Source: Phycisphaeraceae bacterium
GTDB lineage: Bacteria > Planctomycetota > Phycisphaerae > Phycisphaerales > Phycisphaeraceae
Direction: 5' to 3'
NCBI GenBank assembly: GCA_963674705.1
Contig: OY771506.1
Location: 896,001-960,000 of the forward strand
Length of the DNA stretch: 64,000 nucleotides
Shown: positions 10,362-19,769 of the stretch, piece by piece
Layout: each line of letters starts with the position of its first letter
Position numbering within the stretch: position 1 is the stretch's first letter
Program-made: the position numbers and the translations under genes
The notes under the pieces: generated by a model
Told to the model about the DNA's origin: nothing
The model's input: only the letters and a program-made list of their open reading frames with translations
Databases searched by the model: none

Positions 10362-10967
10362 CTAACCATTTTTCAAATCCGATAACGTTTCCCGCAGCTT
10401 GGCGTAAGCCCTTACCAATAATGATTCCACGGCCGATTCACTGCGATCCATTACCTCGGCGATCTGACGGATTGGCTGGCCCTCAAAACGGTGCAGAAGC
10501 AGCGCCGTCTGCTGCGCTTCCGGTAACTCATTCACCGCTTTGCGAACCCGCTCGCTTCGTTCACGAGCCGTCAGACTATCCTCCGGTAACTCGCCCATCC
10601 GATCGATCTGCTCCTGGCTGACCGCCATCGGCATACGCGCCGCCTTACGCTTCATATCCAGACAGTGATTGACCACGATCCGGTACAGCCACGTCGTAAA
10701 CAACGCCTCCGGCCGGTACTTACCCGCAGACCGGTACACCTTGATAAACACTTCCTGCGCCGCTTCCTCCGCCTGATCCCATCGGCCAAGAACCCGATAA
10801 CTCAATGAGAATACACGCTGTTGATGACGCTCAATCAGTTGACCCAGCGCCGCATGATCGCCACGGGCAACTCTCTGAACAAGCTGCGGGTCCGAAGGCA
10901 CATCCGCGCCCGGATCATCCGAACCATGCGAAGCGTTACGCGGAGTTGTATGGCGTGCATCATCCAA
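10362..10967 (-). CDS. RNA polymerase ECF sigma-70 factor
   Basis: Region 2 'AEEAAQEVFIKVY...FTTWLYRIVVNHCLD'; region 4 'LPEAQQTALLL...IAEVM...AVESLLVRA'. Confidence 0.95.
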   Translation of the reverse strand: MDDARHTTPRNASHGSDDPGADVPSDPQLVQRVARGDHAALGQLIERHQQRVFSLSYRVLGRWDQAEEAAQEVFIKVYRSAGKYRPEALFTTWLYRIVVNHCLDMKRKAARMPMAVSQEQIDRMGELPEDSLTARERSERVRKAVNELPEAQQTALLLHRFEGQPIRQIAEVMDRSESAVESLLVRAYAKLRETLSDLKNG

Positions 10968-11034
10968 TTTTCAGTGTCCCCGCCCTCTCGATATGGCGCG
11001 GCCTGCAACCCAAACAAAATTCTTTTCAAAAAGT

Positions 11035-11063
11035 CCGCAGGCGATCCGTACCGCTGACGTTCA
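11035..11063 (+). promoter_or_regulatory. Putative ECF-sigma promoter for the Asp/Cys-repeat secreted protein
   Basis: CCGCAGGCG-atccgtaccgctga-CGTTCA preceded by an A/T tract; matches the site at 10317-10345. Confidence 0.6.
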
Positions 11064-11207
11064 TAAGTATAGACGATCCGGTGATTGTCGAGCGAAATAC
11101 ACAACGTGAAGCCCCGGTAAGTGCGACGAGCCGGGCCCAATGTAACTGCCTCTGTACCCGGAGGCGACTACCGCCGAAAGGCACAGTCAAACAGAAAGGA
11201 ATCCAAC

Positions 11208-11672
11208 ATGAAGTCATTAACACTCTTTGCCGCCGCCCTCGCATTGCTGCTCGTTGCAGGCGCCGGAACCACAACCGCTTCGGTAGGTTCAGCCATCGGT
11301 GACTGGACCACGCCAGACCTGATGCCGCTGGCAGACCAGACACGCGCCCGCGATCGCGACAAGGACGGCGACTGCGACAAGGACTGTGATCAGGACAAGG
11401 ATCAGGACCGCGCACGTGACCGTGACGGTGACTGCGACCAGGACTGCGACAAGGATCAGGACCGTGCACGCGATCGCGACGGCGACTGCCCGTTTGAAGA
11501 AGCCGCCATCAACATCGACCGTGACGTACAGAGCTTTGCACAGCGTCAGCGCAGCCGTGATTGCGACGGCAGCGGACAACAGGCCGGCAAGGGTAAAGGC
11601 GCCGGCAAAGGTAAAGGCAACGGTAGCGGTAACGGCACGAAAGACCGCAAGCGAGATGGCAGCTGCGGATAA
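11208..11672 (+). CDS. Small secreted low-complexity protein with DQ-RARDRD-GDCD repeats and GKG tail
   Basis: AAAGGA RBS; signal peptide MKSLTLFAAALALLLVAG; three Asp/Arg/Cys repeats; ends RDGSCG; followed by a terminator. Confidence 0.7.
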   Translation: MKSLTLFAAALALLLVAGAGTTTASVGSAIGDWTTPDLMPLADQTRARDRDKDGDCDKDCDQDKDQDRARDRDGDCDQDCDKDQDRARDRDGDCPFEEAAINIDRDVQSFAQRQRSRDCDGSGQQAGKGKGAGKGKGNGSGNGTKDRKRDGSCG

Positions 11673-11704
11673 CACCCAACTGCTTTAGACATACTTAAGT
11701 GCAC

Positions 11705-11747
11705 GAGACATGTGTCAGCGGCGTGCCCGGCACATGTCTCTTTTTTT
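11705..11747 (+). terminator. Intrinsic terminator
   Basis: GAGACATGTG...CACATGTCTC stem followed by T7. Confidence 0.75.
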
Positions 11748-13458
11748 ACTTCTTCCCTGCCCGACGGCCTAATAGCCAACCCAATTCTTCGGCCCCGGTC
11801 AGCTTCGCGCCAATCAATACAACTAACGCACCGATCAACACCACCACCGCCAGTAACCCCGCGCTGCCGAACCACGTCAACGTTTGGGCCGGGTACTTCA
11901 TCATCACAGGCGTGACAAGAAGCGTCATCACGAAACTCAATAGGAGCGTGCGGGCCCAACCCATCACCACACCCCTGTCGATCGGTTTAGCCACATGCTT
12001 GCGCACCAACAGCAACAGGATCAGAACCTGCAAACTCGCGCTGATCGCGGTCGACCACGCAAGCCCCGCAGCGCCGAGCGGCCAGATAAGCGTCAGGTTC
12101 AGCGCAAAATTGAAAACGACCATGCTCATGCTCACACGCAACGGCGTCTTGGAATCGCCAACCGCATAAAACGTACGGGTCAGGATATGCGTCATCGAAT
12201 AAGCCCAGACAGCCGAAGCATATCCCGCGAGGATCATGGCTACACGCAACGAGTCCTGCAGCTCGAACTTCCCATGCTCGAATAAAACGCGCGTCAACGG
12301 TACACGCACGAGGATAAGCCCAACGCTTGCCGGCATCCCAATGAAAAACGCCAGCCTAAGCCCGTGATGCAGTATCGTTTGGAAGTTGGCTTTGCCCGCA
12401 TCAGACTTGTCCGCCGCCGCATGCGCAAGCGCCGGGAAAATCGCCGTCGCCAGCGCGATGCCAAACACACCCAGTGGGAACTGGTACAGCCGTTGCGCAC
12501 CCGCGAGCGCCACCACCTGCCCCGCATCGTCGATCGGGTAATGCCACTGCCTGCCGAAAAGCTCGATGACATCCGCCCCCCCCTCTTTCGGTGCAAAACC
12601 AAAAGCGATCAGTGAATCCATCGCCGCGTTGATCTGGAACACCGCAAGCCCCAGCACCATCGGCAGCATCACCCACAGCATCTTCTTGAACGGCTCCAGC
12701 GTCTGCGCAAAATTCAGCGTCAACCCTTCAACGCGCAATAAAGCAACCAACTGCCACAGCAACTGCAACACACCCGCAACCAACACGCTCAGCGACACAT
12801 AATCGACCGCCGTCCGCAATGGCGCATCGTCGGTCACATCTGGTGCAATGCCGTACGTCGCCAGGAAGATCGCCACGATCATGACAAGGTTCAACAGCAC
12901 CGGCGCCGCGGCGGGCGGTCCAAACCTGTTACGCACCTGCAATGCCCCGCCGATCAACGCCACCAGGCAGATCAACGGCATGTATGGCAGCATCAGCATC
13001 GTCAGCCGGATCGCCAGCAGCGTGTCTTCCGTGACACTGAGTTTCGTGTACATCAACCACAGCACACCCTCGCCGACCAGCGTCAGCGCGCCCGTAACGA
13101 TCATCAGTGCCGCGATGCAGAATGAAGCAAACCGCTTGGCTACCTCGGGCTTGTTCCGCGTCAACTCGGCATAGGCCGGGATAAATGCCGACGATAGCGC
13201 CCCCTCGCCGAACAGACGGCGAAAGAGATTGGGCACCATGAATCCGATCAGGAATGCCGAACCAACCGGCCCCCGCCCGAACGAGGCAAAAAGCACCGCG
13301 TCGCGCAGCAAGCCGGTGAAACGCGAGACGAGCGTGAGCGCCGCCACGAGCATGGCGTTGCCGACAAAACGTGGAGCCTCGCCGGCTTTCGCCGATCCAC
13401 TCGGATCGGGCCCGCTATCAGCGGTCGCATGTTGGGGGGCGTTCGGTGTTTCGGTCAT
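11746..13458 (-). CDS. murJ: Lipid II flippase MurJ/MviN
   Basis: 'TLVSRFTGLLRD', 'PNLFRRLFGEGALSSAFIP' and 'RLYQFPLGVFGIA' signature motifs. Confidence 0.93.
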   Translation of the reverse strand: MTETPNAPQHATADSGPDPSGSAKAGEAPRFVGNAMLVAALTLVSRFTGLLRDAVLFASFGRGPVGSAFLIGFMVPNLFRRLFGEGALSSAFIPAYAELTRNKPEVAKRFASFCIAALMIVTGALTLVGEGVLWLMYTKLSVTEDTLLAIRLTMLMLPYMPLICLVALIGGALQVRNRFGPPAAAPVLLNLVMIVAIFLATYGIAPDVTDDAPLRTAVDYVSLSVLVAGVLQLLWQLVALLRVEGLTLNFAQTLEPFKKMLWVMLPMVLGLAVFQINAAMDSLIAFGFAPKEGGADVIELFGRQWHYPIDDAGQVVALAGAQRLYQFPLGVFGIALATAIFPALAHAAADKSDAGKANFQTILHHGLRLAFFIGMPASVGLILVRVPLTRVLFEHGKFELQDSLRVAMILAGYASAVWAYSMTHILTRTFYAVGDSKTPLRVSMSMVVFNFALNLTLIWPLGAAGLAWSTAISASLQVLILLLLVRKHVAKPIDRGVVMGWARTLLLSFVMTLLVTPVMMKYPAQTLTWFGSAGLLAVVVLIGALVVLIGAKLTGAEELGWLLGRRAGKK

Positions 13459-14276
13459 ACCTGATCGGTCAATGGTCGGTTTGTGCGTACGTGTCGGATA
13501 ATCGCCAATACTGCCAAGGCTGCCATCCCGGTAAGCAAACCGAGCTGGTGGGCGTACAGGCCATTCATATCGATGCCCTGCTCGGTAAACAACCGAGCTG
13601 ATTCTATGATCGGCCCACCCAGACCGATCACAACAATGCTCAGGAACATCCCAAGTCTGGGCCGGTTTACCCCGGCCGGTTGCGATGCAACCAGCAGCAG
13701 AATCAGGACACCGGCGATGAGGAAACGCACGATCTCATTGATACCCAGCCCGGATGGTTGTGCAGACGGCTGCCCCTGTCCCCATGCGCTGAGCAGTGCC
13801 ACCAACGCCAAAACCAGCGCGGCGACAATCAGCACGGCCGAAACGACACGGTAGATCACGACCCGCCGGGGCCTCGTATCCAGAGGTGGCGGCGAAGTCA
13901 GGATCAGGAACACCCCGATGATCGCGATCGCCCCCGCCACGACATCGCTGTAGGAAACATGTCGGCCGGTGAACTGCTGGGTGTACTCGTCCACGAGGGC
14001 GTACACGCTGCCGATCAACAGCGCAGCAAGCGCGTGGGCGAATGAAGGGGCCTTCGACCCGGCCAACCGGCTTAGATATAAAAGTAACGCGAGTCCCGCA
14101 AAGCCGGCCACGTGCAGCGACTTGTCGATCTGGAACACGCCGATCTGATTCGATGTATCGCCCAGTGTAAATTCCGGCAGGTGCGAGCCTGTCGCCAGCA
14201 GCAGCCAATAGATCGCCAGGCACCAGCGCGACCGCGAAACCGATTGAAAAAAAGTAGTTGGTTTTACCACCGACAC
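13455..14276 (-). CDS. VanZ-family membrane protein (two VanZ-like halves)
   Basis: 'DKSLHVAGFAGL', 'YALVDEYTQQFTGRHVSYSDVVA'; degenerate second repeat; overlaps the murJ start (ATGA). Confidence 0.8.
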   Translation of the reverse strand: MSVVKPTTFFQSVSRSRWCLAIYWLLLATGSHLPEFTLGDTSNQIGVFQIDKSLHVAGFAGLALLLYLSRLAGSKAPSFAHALAALLIGSVYALVDEYTQQFTGRHVSYSDVVAGAIAIIGVFLILTSPPPLDTRPRRVVIYRVVSAVLIVAALVLALVALLSAWGQGQPSAQPSGLGINEIVRFLIAGVLILLLVASQPAGVNRPRLGMFLSIVVIGLGGPIIESARLFTEQGIDMNGLYAHQLGLLTGMAALAVLAIIRHVRTNRPLTDQV

Positions 14277-14312
14277 ATCATAGAGAAGTTAACGTGATCG
14301 AACACGGAGCCG

Positions 14313-15779
14313 TTAACGCCCTCGTCGACCCGTATCAGATGTCCGGCGCGTACCGATCATGGTAAGCCCGGTAACGATTCCTATCCCCAAAACAGACGGC
14401 TCGGGGATGCTCAACTCTGAGATGCTTGGCGGTGTACCTTCACCCCAGTGGTTCAATACCAGGTCTAATTCATCCAGCCCCACATCGCCGTCGCTCCATG
14501 ATGTGGCCTGGCCCCATTCACCGAGGACGATGTCCAGGTCGTCCAGGCCGACAAATCCATCGCCATCAAGATCGCCGACCAGGCTCACGGTCAGGGCGTT
14601 TGGGAAACTGCTCACCACATCCCACACCGCATCCTGCACAAGCAGCGCCAGCTCTTCCGTAATGGGTATGCCTATGGTTGGTGTGCCCTCCCCCCAATTG
14701 CCCAGCACATATTCCAGTTCATCCAACCCGACGATCCCGTTGCTCCACAGCGTGACCTGGTTCCAACTCGTAAGGACGATATCCAGGTCATCGATACCAA
14801 CAAAACCATCCAGATCAAGGTCTCCTGGCAGCAGGTCGGTACTGGTATCGGCATCGGTATCACAGGCAACGCAGGGACTCGTCGTCAGTGTTACCTGATC
14901 GACTAGCGTAAGCTGTTCGGTGCTCGCGGGTGTGCCGGTGGGCAAGCTGCCGGGCTGGAAGTCATCGCTGGCGGGTAAACCTGTGGGGTCCTCTTCAAAC
15001 AGCGTGGCAAAAACCGTAGTTGCCGCGATGAATCGGCCCAGGTTGTTCAGGTGCAGGTTGTCGCGATAGAGCTGTACCGCGCTGAAAAAATCGGAGAACT
15101 CGCCGGCGTCCATACGTAGGTCGATCTCTGCCATCACATATCCCACGGGGATGACGTACAAATCAATATCCTGCAGGTCCGGATCGTTCTTTAATTCGTT
15201 GTAAATCCATTCGAAACTGTTCGCGTTTCGGACCATGTTTGCGTCCGGGTCCGTCGGTGTCGGGTCATACCAGTCGTCGTAGAAAAGCGTGCCGGTAAAA
15301 GGTTTTTCACCCCAACTCGCAAACATGTAGAAGCGTGTATCCGCGTTGTCGGGATTCTGCCGGGCAAGCTGGATCAATGCTTTCGCGGCCTCGTATTCTT
15401 CCCTGGCCGTGGCGCTGGTGTGTGGCTGCAAGGTGATCGCGTCCCAGGCATAGTTGGCCAGCGCTTCTTCGTAATACCCAAGCGTGTTCGACTCGATGCA
15501 CACGTCCGTGGGATTGTTGAGGATGTAATCCAAAGATCGCCCGCAACGGATGTGGTAGCCCGTGGTCAGTGTGTGCCCCGCGTCTGCCGCAAGCTGAGGC
15601 AAACCCGCACTGACGCGCGCATCCCACGTCAGGCTGTTTCCGATGTGGTAGGTGTTCAAGGTGTCCGCATGGATAGTGCCGGCCATAATAAAAAAACTGG
15701 CCGGGACAACCACAAAATTGAATACACACCGTTTAATCATAGGACACATCACATCGGGATTAAATATAAAACGGTACAC
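14313..15779 (-). CDS. SGNH-hydrolase-like secreted protein with dockerin-like repeats and PEP-CTERM tail
   Basis: 'HIGNSLT' (GxS), 'WDAITLQP', 'YRDNLHLNNLG' (DxxH); dockerin repeats; 'IPEPS'+TM+RR tail. The start may lie a few codons downstream. Confidence 0.7.
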   Translation of the reverse strand: MYRFIFNPDVMCPMIKRCVFNFVVVPASFFIMAGTIHADTLNTYHIGNSLTWDARVSAGLPQLAADAGHTLTTGYHIRCGRSLDYILNNPTDVCIESNTLGYYEEALANYAWDAITLQPHTSATAREEYEAAKALIQLARQNPDNADTRFYMFASWGEKPFTGTLFYDDWYDPTPTDPDANMVRNANSFEWIYNELKNDPDLQDIDLYVIPVGYVMAEIDLRMDAGEFSDFFSAVQLYRDNLHLNNLGRFIAATTVFATLFEEDPTGLPASDDFQPGSLPTGTPASTEQLTLVDQVTLTTSPCVACDTDADTSTDLLPGDLDLDGFVGIDDLDIVLTSWNQVTLWSNGIVGLDELEYVLGNWGEGTPTIGIPITEELALLVQDAVWDVVSSFPNALTVSLVGDLDGDGFVGLDDLDIVLGEWGQATSWSDGDVGLDELDLVLNHWGEGTPPSISELSIPEPSVLGIGIVTGLTMIGTRRTSDTGRRGR

Positions 15780-15780
15780 T

Positions 15781-16959
15781 TCAAAGCCTCACGCAACTAC
15801 GACGACGCAGCGCAACACAAAAGCCAAACGCAAACAAACCGGCACACGCCGGCTCGGGTACTGGAATCCCCGGCGGCCTCCCTGCGTCCCAGTTACCCAG
15901 CACGATATCCAGATCATCGAGCCCGACGAAGCCGTCGCCGCTCGGATCAGCTGAACTGTCAACGGGCACAACGGTCTGGTTCCAATTGCCCAACACCAAT
16001 TCCAGATCATCCAACCCCACGTAGCCGTCCCCGTTCAGGTCCCCGATCAAATAGGTCGGTGTAATGTCGGTATTGATGATGCTCAGATGGCGCTTTGCGG
16101 GGCTGAGCATCTGCGCGGCAGGCCCCCACGTCTGCATGTTGTCATATGAATCGATATACAGCCCGGTCGATACGCCCTCGATCAACTTCGTGCCCGGCCC
16201 CGGCTGGTCGAAGAACATGCGCCAATGATCCCCCTCGATCTGCACCACGTAAGGCCCTTCGATTGACGCGCCGACCCCGTACCAGTTGCCTTGATGATCC
16301 ACATCCAGTGTGTAAGGCCCGGTTAAGTTTGTTGACGTGGCTCGAACGTTATTCCATGGAACACTCGTACGGTCCGTGTACCAGAGGTTGTATACCCCAT
16401 CGATGAGGGTCACCATGCCGTCCACGACATTGCTTTGCAGCCCGGTCAGATGATCCGGTTGCGACCACGTGGTGTAATCATCATTGGTCGGATGCATCTC
16501 AAACATCTGCAACGTGGCGCTGCCATCGGATGAAAGCCCGACAATCAAATGCCAACCCTCATCATCCCGGACCCACTCCGGCGCCCATGAGCGAGGATCG
16601 CCGTTAGCTACACTTGATGTGTCGATCTGCGTCACGTGCTCCCACGTCACCGCGTCACGGCTGCGCGCCAAACCGATGTAATCGGTCTGCACCGACCAGT
16701 GCCCGGCCGTATACGCAACCCACCAGTAACCGGTGGCCTGGTCAAACATCAACGACGGGTCACGCACAACATCATCACCAGGCGGATCGTAAACCGCGTA
16801 ATCCCCGGTAAACGTTTGGGCGTCTTCAGAATGCAGGATGTAAAGCTGCTGATCCCTGTCGCTGACCCATGATGCAGCGATATAGTCCGCGCTACTCACA
16901 ACGGGCGCTGCTGCCATGAATATGGCCGGTAACAAAAACCAGCGACTAAGACGAAGCAT
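15781..16959 (-). CDS. Five-bladed beta-propeller glycoside hydrolase (GH43/GH32-like) with dockerin pair and PEP-CTERM
   Basis: 'VRDPSL', 'WAPEW', 'VVDG' and 'IEGPY' catalytic-type motifs; GDLNGDGYVGLDDL repeats; 'VPEPA'+TM+RRR. Confidence 0.78.
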   Translation of the reverse strand: MLRLSRWFLLPAIFMAAAPVVSSADYIAASWVSDRDQQLYILHSEDAQTFTGDYAVYDPPGDDVVRDPSLMFDQATGYWWVAYTAGHWSVQTDYIGLARSRDAVTWEHVTQIDTSSVANGDPRSWAPEWVRDDEGWHLIVGLSSDGSATLQMFEMHPTNDDYTTWSQPDHLTGLQSNVVDGMVTLIDGVYNLWYTDRTSVPWNNVRATSTNLTGPYTLDVDHQGNWYGVGASIEGPYVVQIEGDHWRMFFDQPGPGTKLIEGVSTGLYIDSYDNMQTWGPAAQMLSPAKRHLSIINTDITPTYLIGDLNGDGYVGLDDLELVLGNWNQTVVPVDSSADPSGDGFVGLDDLDIVLGNWDAGRPPGIPVPEPACAGLFAFGFCVALRRRSCVRL

Positions 16960-17684
16960 GTATCCAAGGCTCCCGCTTCTACGCCCACCGGCCGGCCGCA
17001 TGCCAAAGCCGACATCACACACACTGTCCACCGGGCAACAGCCGATAAAAACGACCGGTCGCCGGCGACAACACGATTGATACTTACACCTTGTTGACCC
17101 TGCCGATGAACATCGCCTGTGACACTTGAGCGGGTGGAACTACGAACCACGCTCCAGCCACAAGACGCCGCAAATCCTGCAGTGTCAGAACAATGCAATA
17201 TTTTACCATTTCAGTGTGTAAAAGCGAGGTTTACAGCAAAATAAGCAGCTTTCTGCCACATAACGCCTGCCAAATGCCGCAATCGGCGACCCCAACCCGA
17301 CGATGACTGGAATCGTGCAAAAACTGACCCCCAAAGCCTGTTAAGGTGGGCAAACTGGGTCGTTCGGCAGATGAACTGCCACTACGTCTATGCCCTCCCC
17401 CTGATACGCCATATCAAAGCAAAATGGAACCTTGCTTGACCTCGATCAATTGCCTTATGTGGAAACAACATCCGCATCGTTTTGAATGCTGGTTAGAAAC
17501 GCCCTTTTAACAAATCCAGGTCAGCCTATCGATGCCAAAGGCCTTATCCGGTCAAGACAGCCGGGGTTTGCTCGATTCTGTTGCAAAGACATAAACCCTG
17601 AATCTTGCCTATAATATGGGTTTGCCACGAGCTGGGCTCGGGCCGAAAAATGCCCGATCAGTATCATAGGAGTCAATACATCGA

Positions 17685-18533
17685 ATGCGTTCCAATATCG
17701 AAAAACGCAAGGTCGGGCCCATAGGTCGAAAGGTGATTACCGCAACACATCACCTCTCCTATACGCTGGCCAAGCGTTTCCCCAAAGCCATCCCGATCAC
17801 GTTCGTCGTCGGTTACCCCAAGAGCGGAACCGTATGGGCGTGCCAGATGGTTTCTGACTACCTGCAATTACCGTTCGCTGATATGTCGTACTTCCCGATC
17901 GGCTTCCCCTCAGTCATGCACGGCCACTACCGTGTCTGGCCCGACAGCCCCCCAACCGTTTATGTGGCCCGGGATGGACGCGACGCCTTGGTCTCAATGT
18001 ACTTCTACCTCTCGCGTGCGTTGCCAGAGGGCGATCACCCCAACGGGTACAAGAAAATCCCCCGCTGGCTGGATCGTTGTTTCCCGGGCGTAAAGAACCG
18101 TGAAAACGTGCGCGAGAACCTGCCTGCATTCATCGAGATGCAGATGCAGCGCCCCATGGGCTGCCGATCGAATTGGGGCGAGCACGTATCTTCGGTAGAA
18201 AAGAGTGGCCGCAACGATGTGCCGATTCTCAAGTATGAAGACATGCTCGCCGACTGCCCAGCCGCACTTAGCGCTGCGATGAAAAAACTGACCGACAAAG
18301 AGCCCGACGAAGACGCGATCAAAGCCACCGTTTGGAAGTTCTCATTTGAACGGCAGTCAGGCCGATCACGCGGCACGGAAAGCCGATCCAACTTCCTGCG
18401 CAAAGGTCAGTCCGGTGACTGGCAGAACCACTTCACCCGCGAAGCCGCGGAAGTGTTCGACCGCCACGTCGGCGAAGACCTGATCCGGCTGGGCTACGAA
18501 AACAACCGCGAGTGGGTTAAGAACTGCGGGTAA
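17685..18533 (+). CDS. PAPS-dependent sulfotransferase (Sulfotransfer_1 type)
   Basis: 5'-PSB 'GYPKSGTVW', 3'-PB 'RDGRDALVS', 'LKYEDM' and C-terminal 'RKGQSGDWQNHF'. Confidence 0.92.
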   Translation: MRSNIEKRKVGPIGRKVITATHHLSYTLAKRFPKAIPITFVVGYPKSGTVWACQMVSDYLQLPFADMSYFPIGFPSVMHGHYRVWPDSPPTVYVARDGRDALVSMYFYLSRALPEGDHPNGYKKIPRWLDRCFPGVKNRENVRENLPAFIEMQMQRPMGCRSNWGEHVSSVEKSGRNDVPILKYEDMLADCPAALSAAMKKLTDKEPDEDAIKATVWKFSFERQSGRSRGTESRSNFLRKGQSGDWQNHFTREAAEVFDRHVGEDLIRLGYENNREWVKNCG

Positions 18534-18584
18534 CATCAAACCTTTTGAGCAATCCGTCCGGGTAGTCTCGGAGCATCCTTCATA

Positions 18585-19754
18585 ATGCGTATCCTTCACG
18601 TCATCAGCAGCCTCGACCCCAAGGACGGCGGCCCCCCGAAGATCGCAGCCTGTATCGCTTCGGCGCAGGCGGCGATGGGCCACGATGTGCATCTGCTGAC
18701 CGAGTCGGAAGCCGGCCGAGAGGAATACGTGCGTCACCTGCTTGACGCAGTTCCGGGCATCGATCGGGTGAAGCTCCAGCAAGTCCCGAAGAACGGCGAA
18801 TGGCGCTGGCTGCTGGACCCGGAGAAAAAACGCATCGCCAGGGACGCCGTGTCCCAAGTGGACGCGGTGCATCTGCACAACGTCTGGAACCCGATCCTGA
18901 TCGCTGCCGGCAAAGCCTGCCGTAAACTGAATAAACCCTACCTCATCCTGCTCAACGGCATGCTCGATCCGTGGAGCCTCAGCCAGAAAGCACTGAAAAA
19001 GAAACTCGCGATCGCGCTGGTCTACAAAAAACTCTACAACGGCGCAGCAGCGCTGCACCTGGGTAACACGCATGAGCGGGAACTGATCAAACCGCTAGGC
19101 CTCACCGCCCGAGGCGAGATCATCCCCAACGGCGTATTCGAAGAGGACCTGCACGACCTGCCGGCTAAAGGCACCTTCTACAAGATGCACCCGGAGTTGC
19201 ATGACCTGCCGTTCATCCTGTTCATGAGCAGGCTTCATTACAAAAAGGGTCTGGACTACCTGGCCGACGCTTTCGCCGTCTTCGCCGAATCGAACAACGA
19301 AGCGCATCTCGTCGTCGCCGGCCCGGAGGAGGGTGCGGGCGATGCCTTCAAGGAACAGATCGCCAACGCAGGCCTGACGGATCGCGTACACGTCATCGGC
19401 CCGATCCACGGCGAAGAAAAACGCGCCGCACTCGTTGACGCAACCTGCTTCTGCCTGCCCAGCCGACAGGAAGGCTTCAGCGTCGCCATCACCGAGGCAA
19501 TCGGGCACGGTGTTCCCGCAGTCATCACCGAAGGCTGCCACTTCCCCGAGGTCGAAACAGAAGGCGCAGGCCGCGTGCTTCCTCTGGATGCCAAAAGGGT
19601 CGGCCACGCACTGATCGAAGTGATGTCCGACCCGGGTTTGCGGCAGCAGATGTCCGAGAAGGGCCGGGCGCTTGCTTTGGGCCGCTACACCTGGCCGAAA
19701 GTCGCCCAGCAGACCGTCGGCATTTACGAGTCCGCATTGAAACAGAAGCGTTAA
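18585..19754 (+). CDS. Glycosyltransferase family 4
   Basis: 'MRILHVI..L....GGP', 'SRLHYKKGLD', 'LPSRQEGFSVAITEA'. Confidence 0.92.
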   Translation: MRILHVISSLDPKDGGPPKIAACIASAQAAMGHDVHLLTESEAGREEYVRHLLDAVPGIDRVKLQQVPKNGEWRWLLDPEKKRIARDAVSQVDAVHLHNVWNPILIAAGKACRKLNKPYLILLNGMLDPWSLSQKALKKKLAIALVYKKLYNGAAALHLGNTHERELIKPLGLTARGEIIPNGVFEEDLHDLPAKGTFYKMHPELHDLPFILFMSRLHYKKGLDYLADAFAVFAESNNEAHLVVAGPEEGAGDAFKEQIANAGLTDRVHVIGPIHGEEKRAALVDATCFCLPSRQEGFSVAITEAIGHGVPAVITEGCHFPEVETEGAGRVLPLDAKRVGHALIEVMSDPGLRQQMSEKGRALALGRYTWPKVAQQTVGIYESALKQKR

Positions 19755-19769
19755 CGGCGGCAACTCACC

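Noticed and set aside
11141..11170. TGTAAC...CGACTA as a second ECF promoter
   Set aside because: Single occurrence with atypical spacing; the duplicated CCGCAGGCG motif is much better supported.
17032..17684. Long divergent intergenic region as an ncRNA or ops/JUMPStart element
   Set aside because: No recognisable ops sequence, terminator or stable repeated structure; only an isolated TATAAT near 17610.
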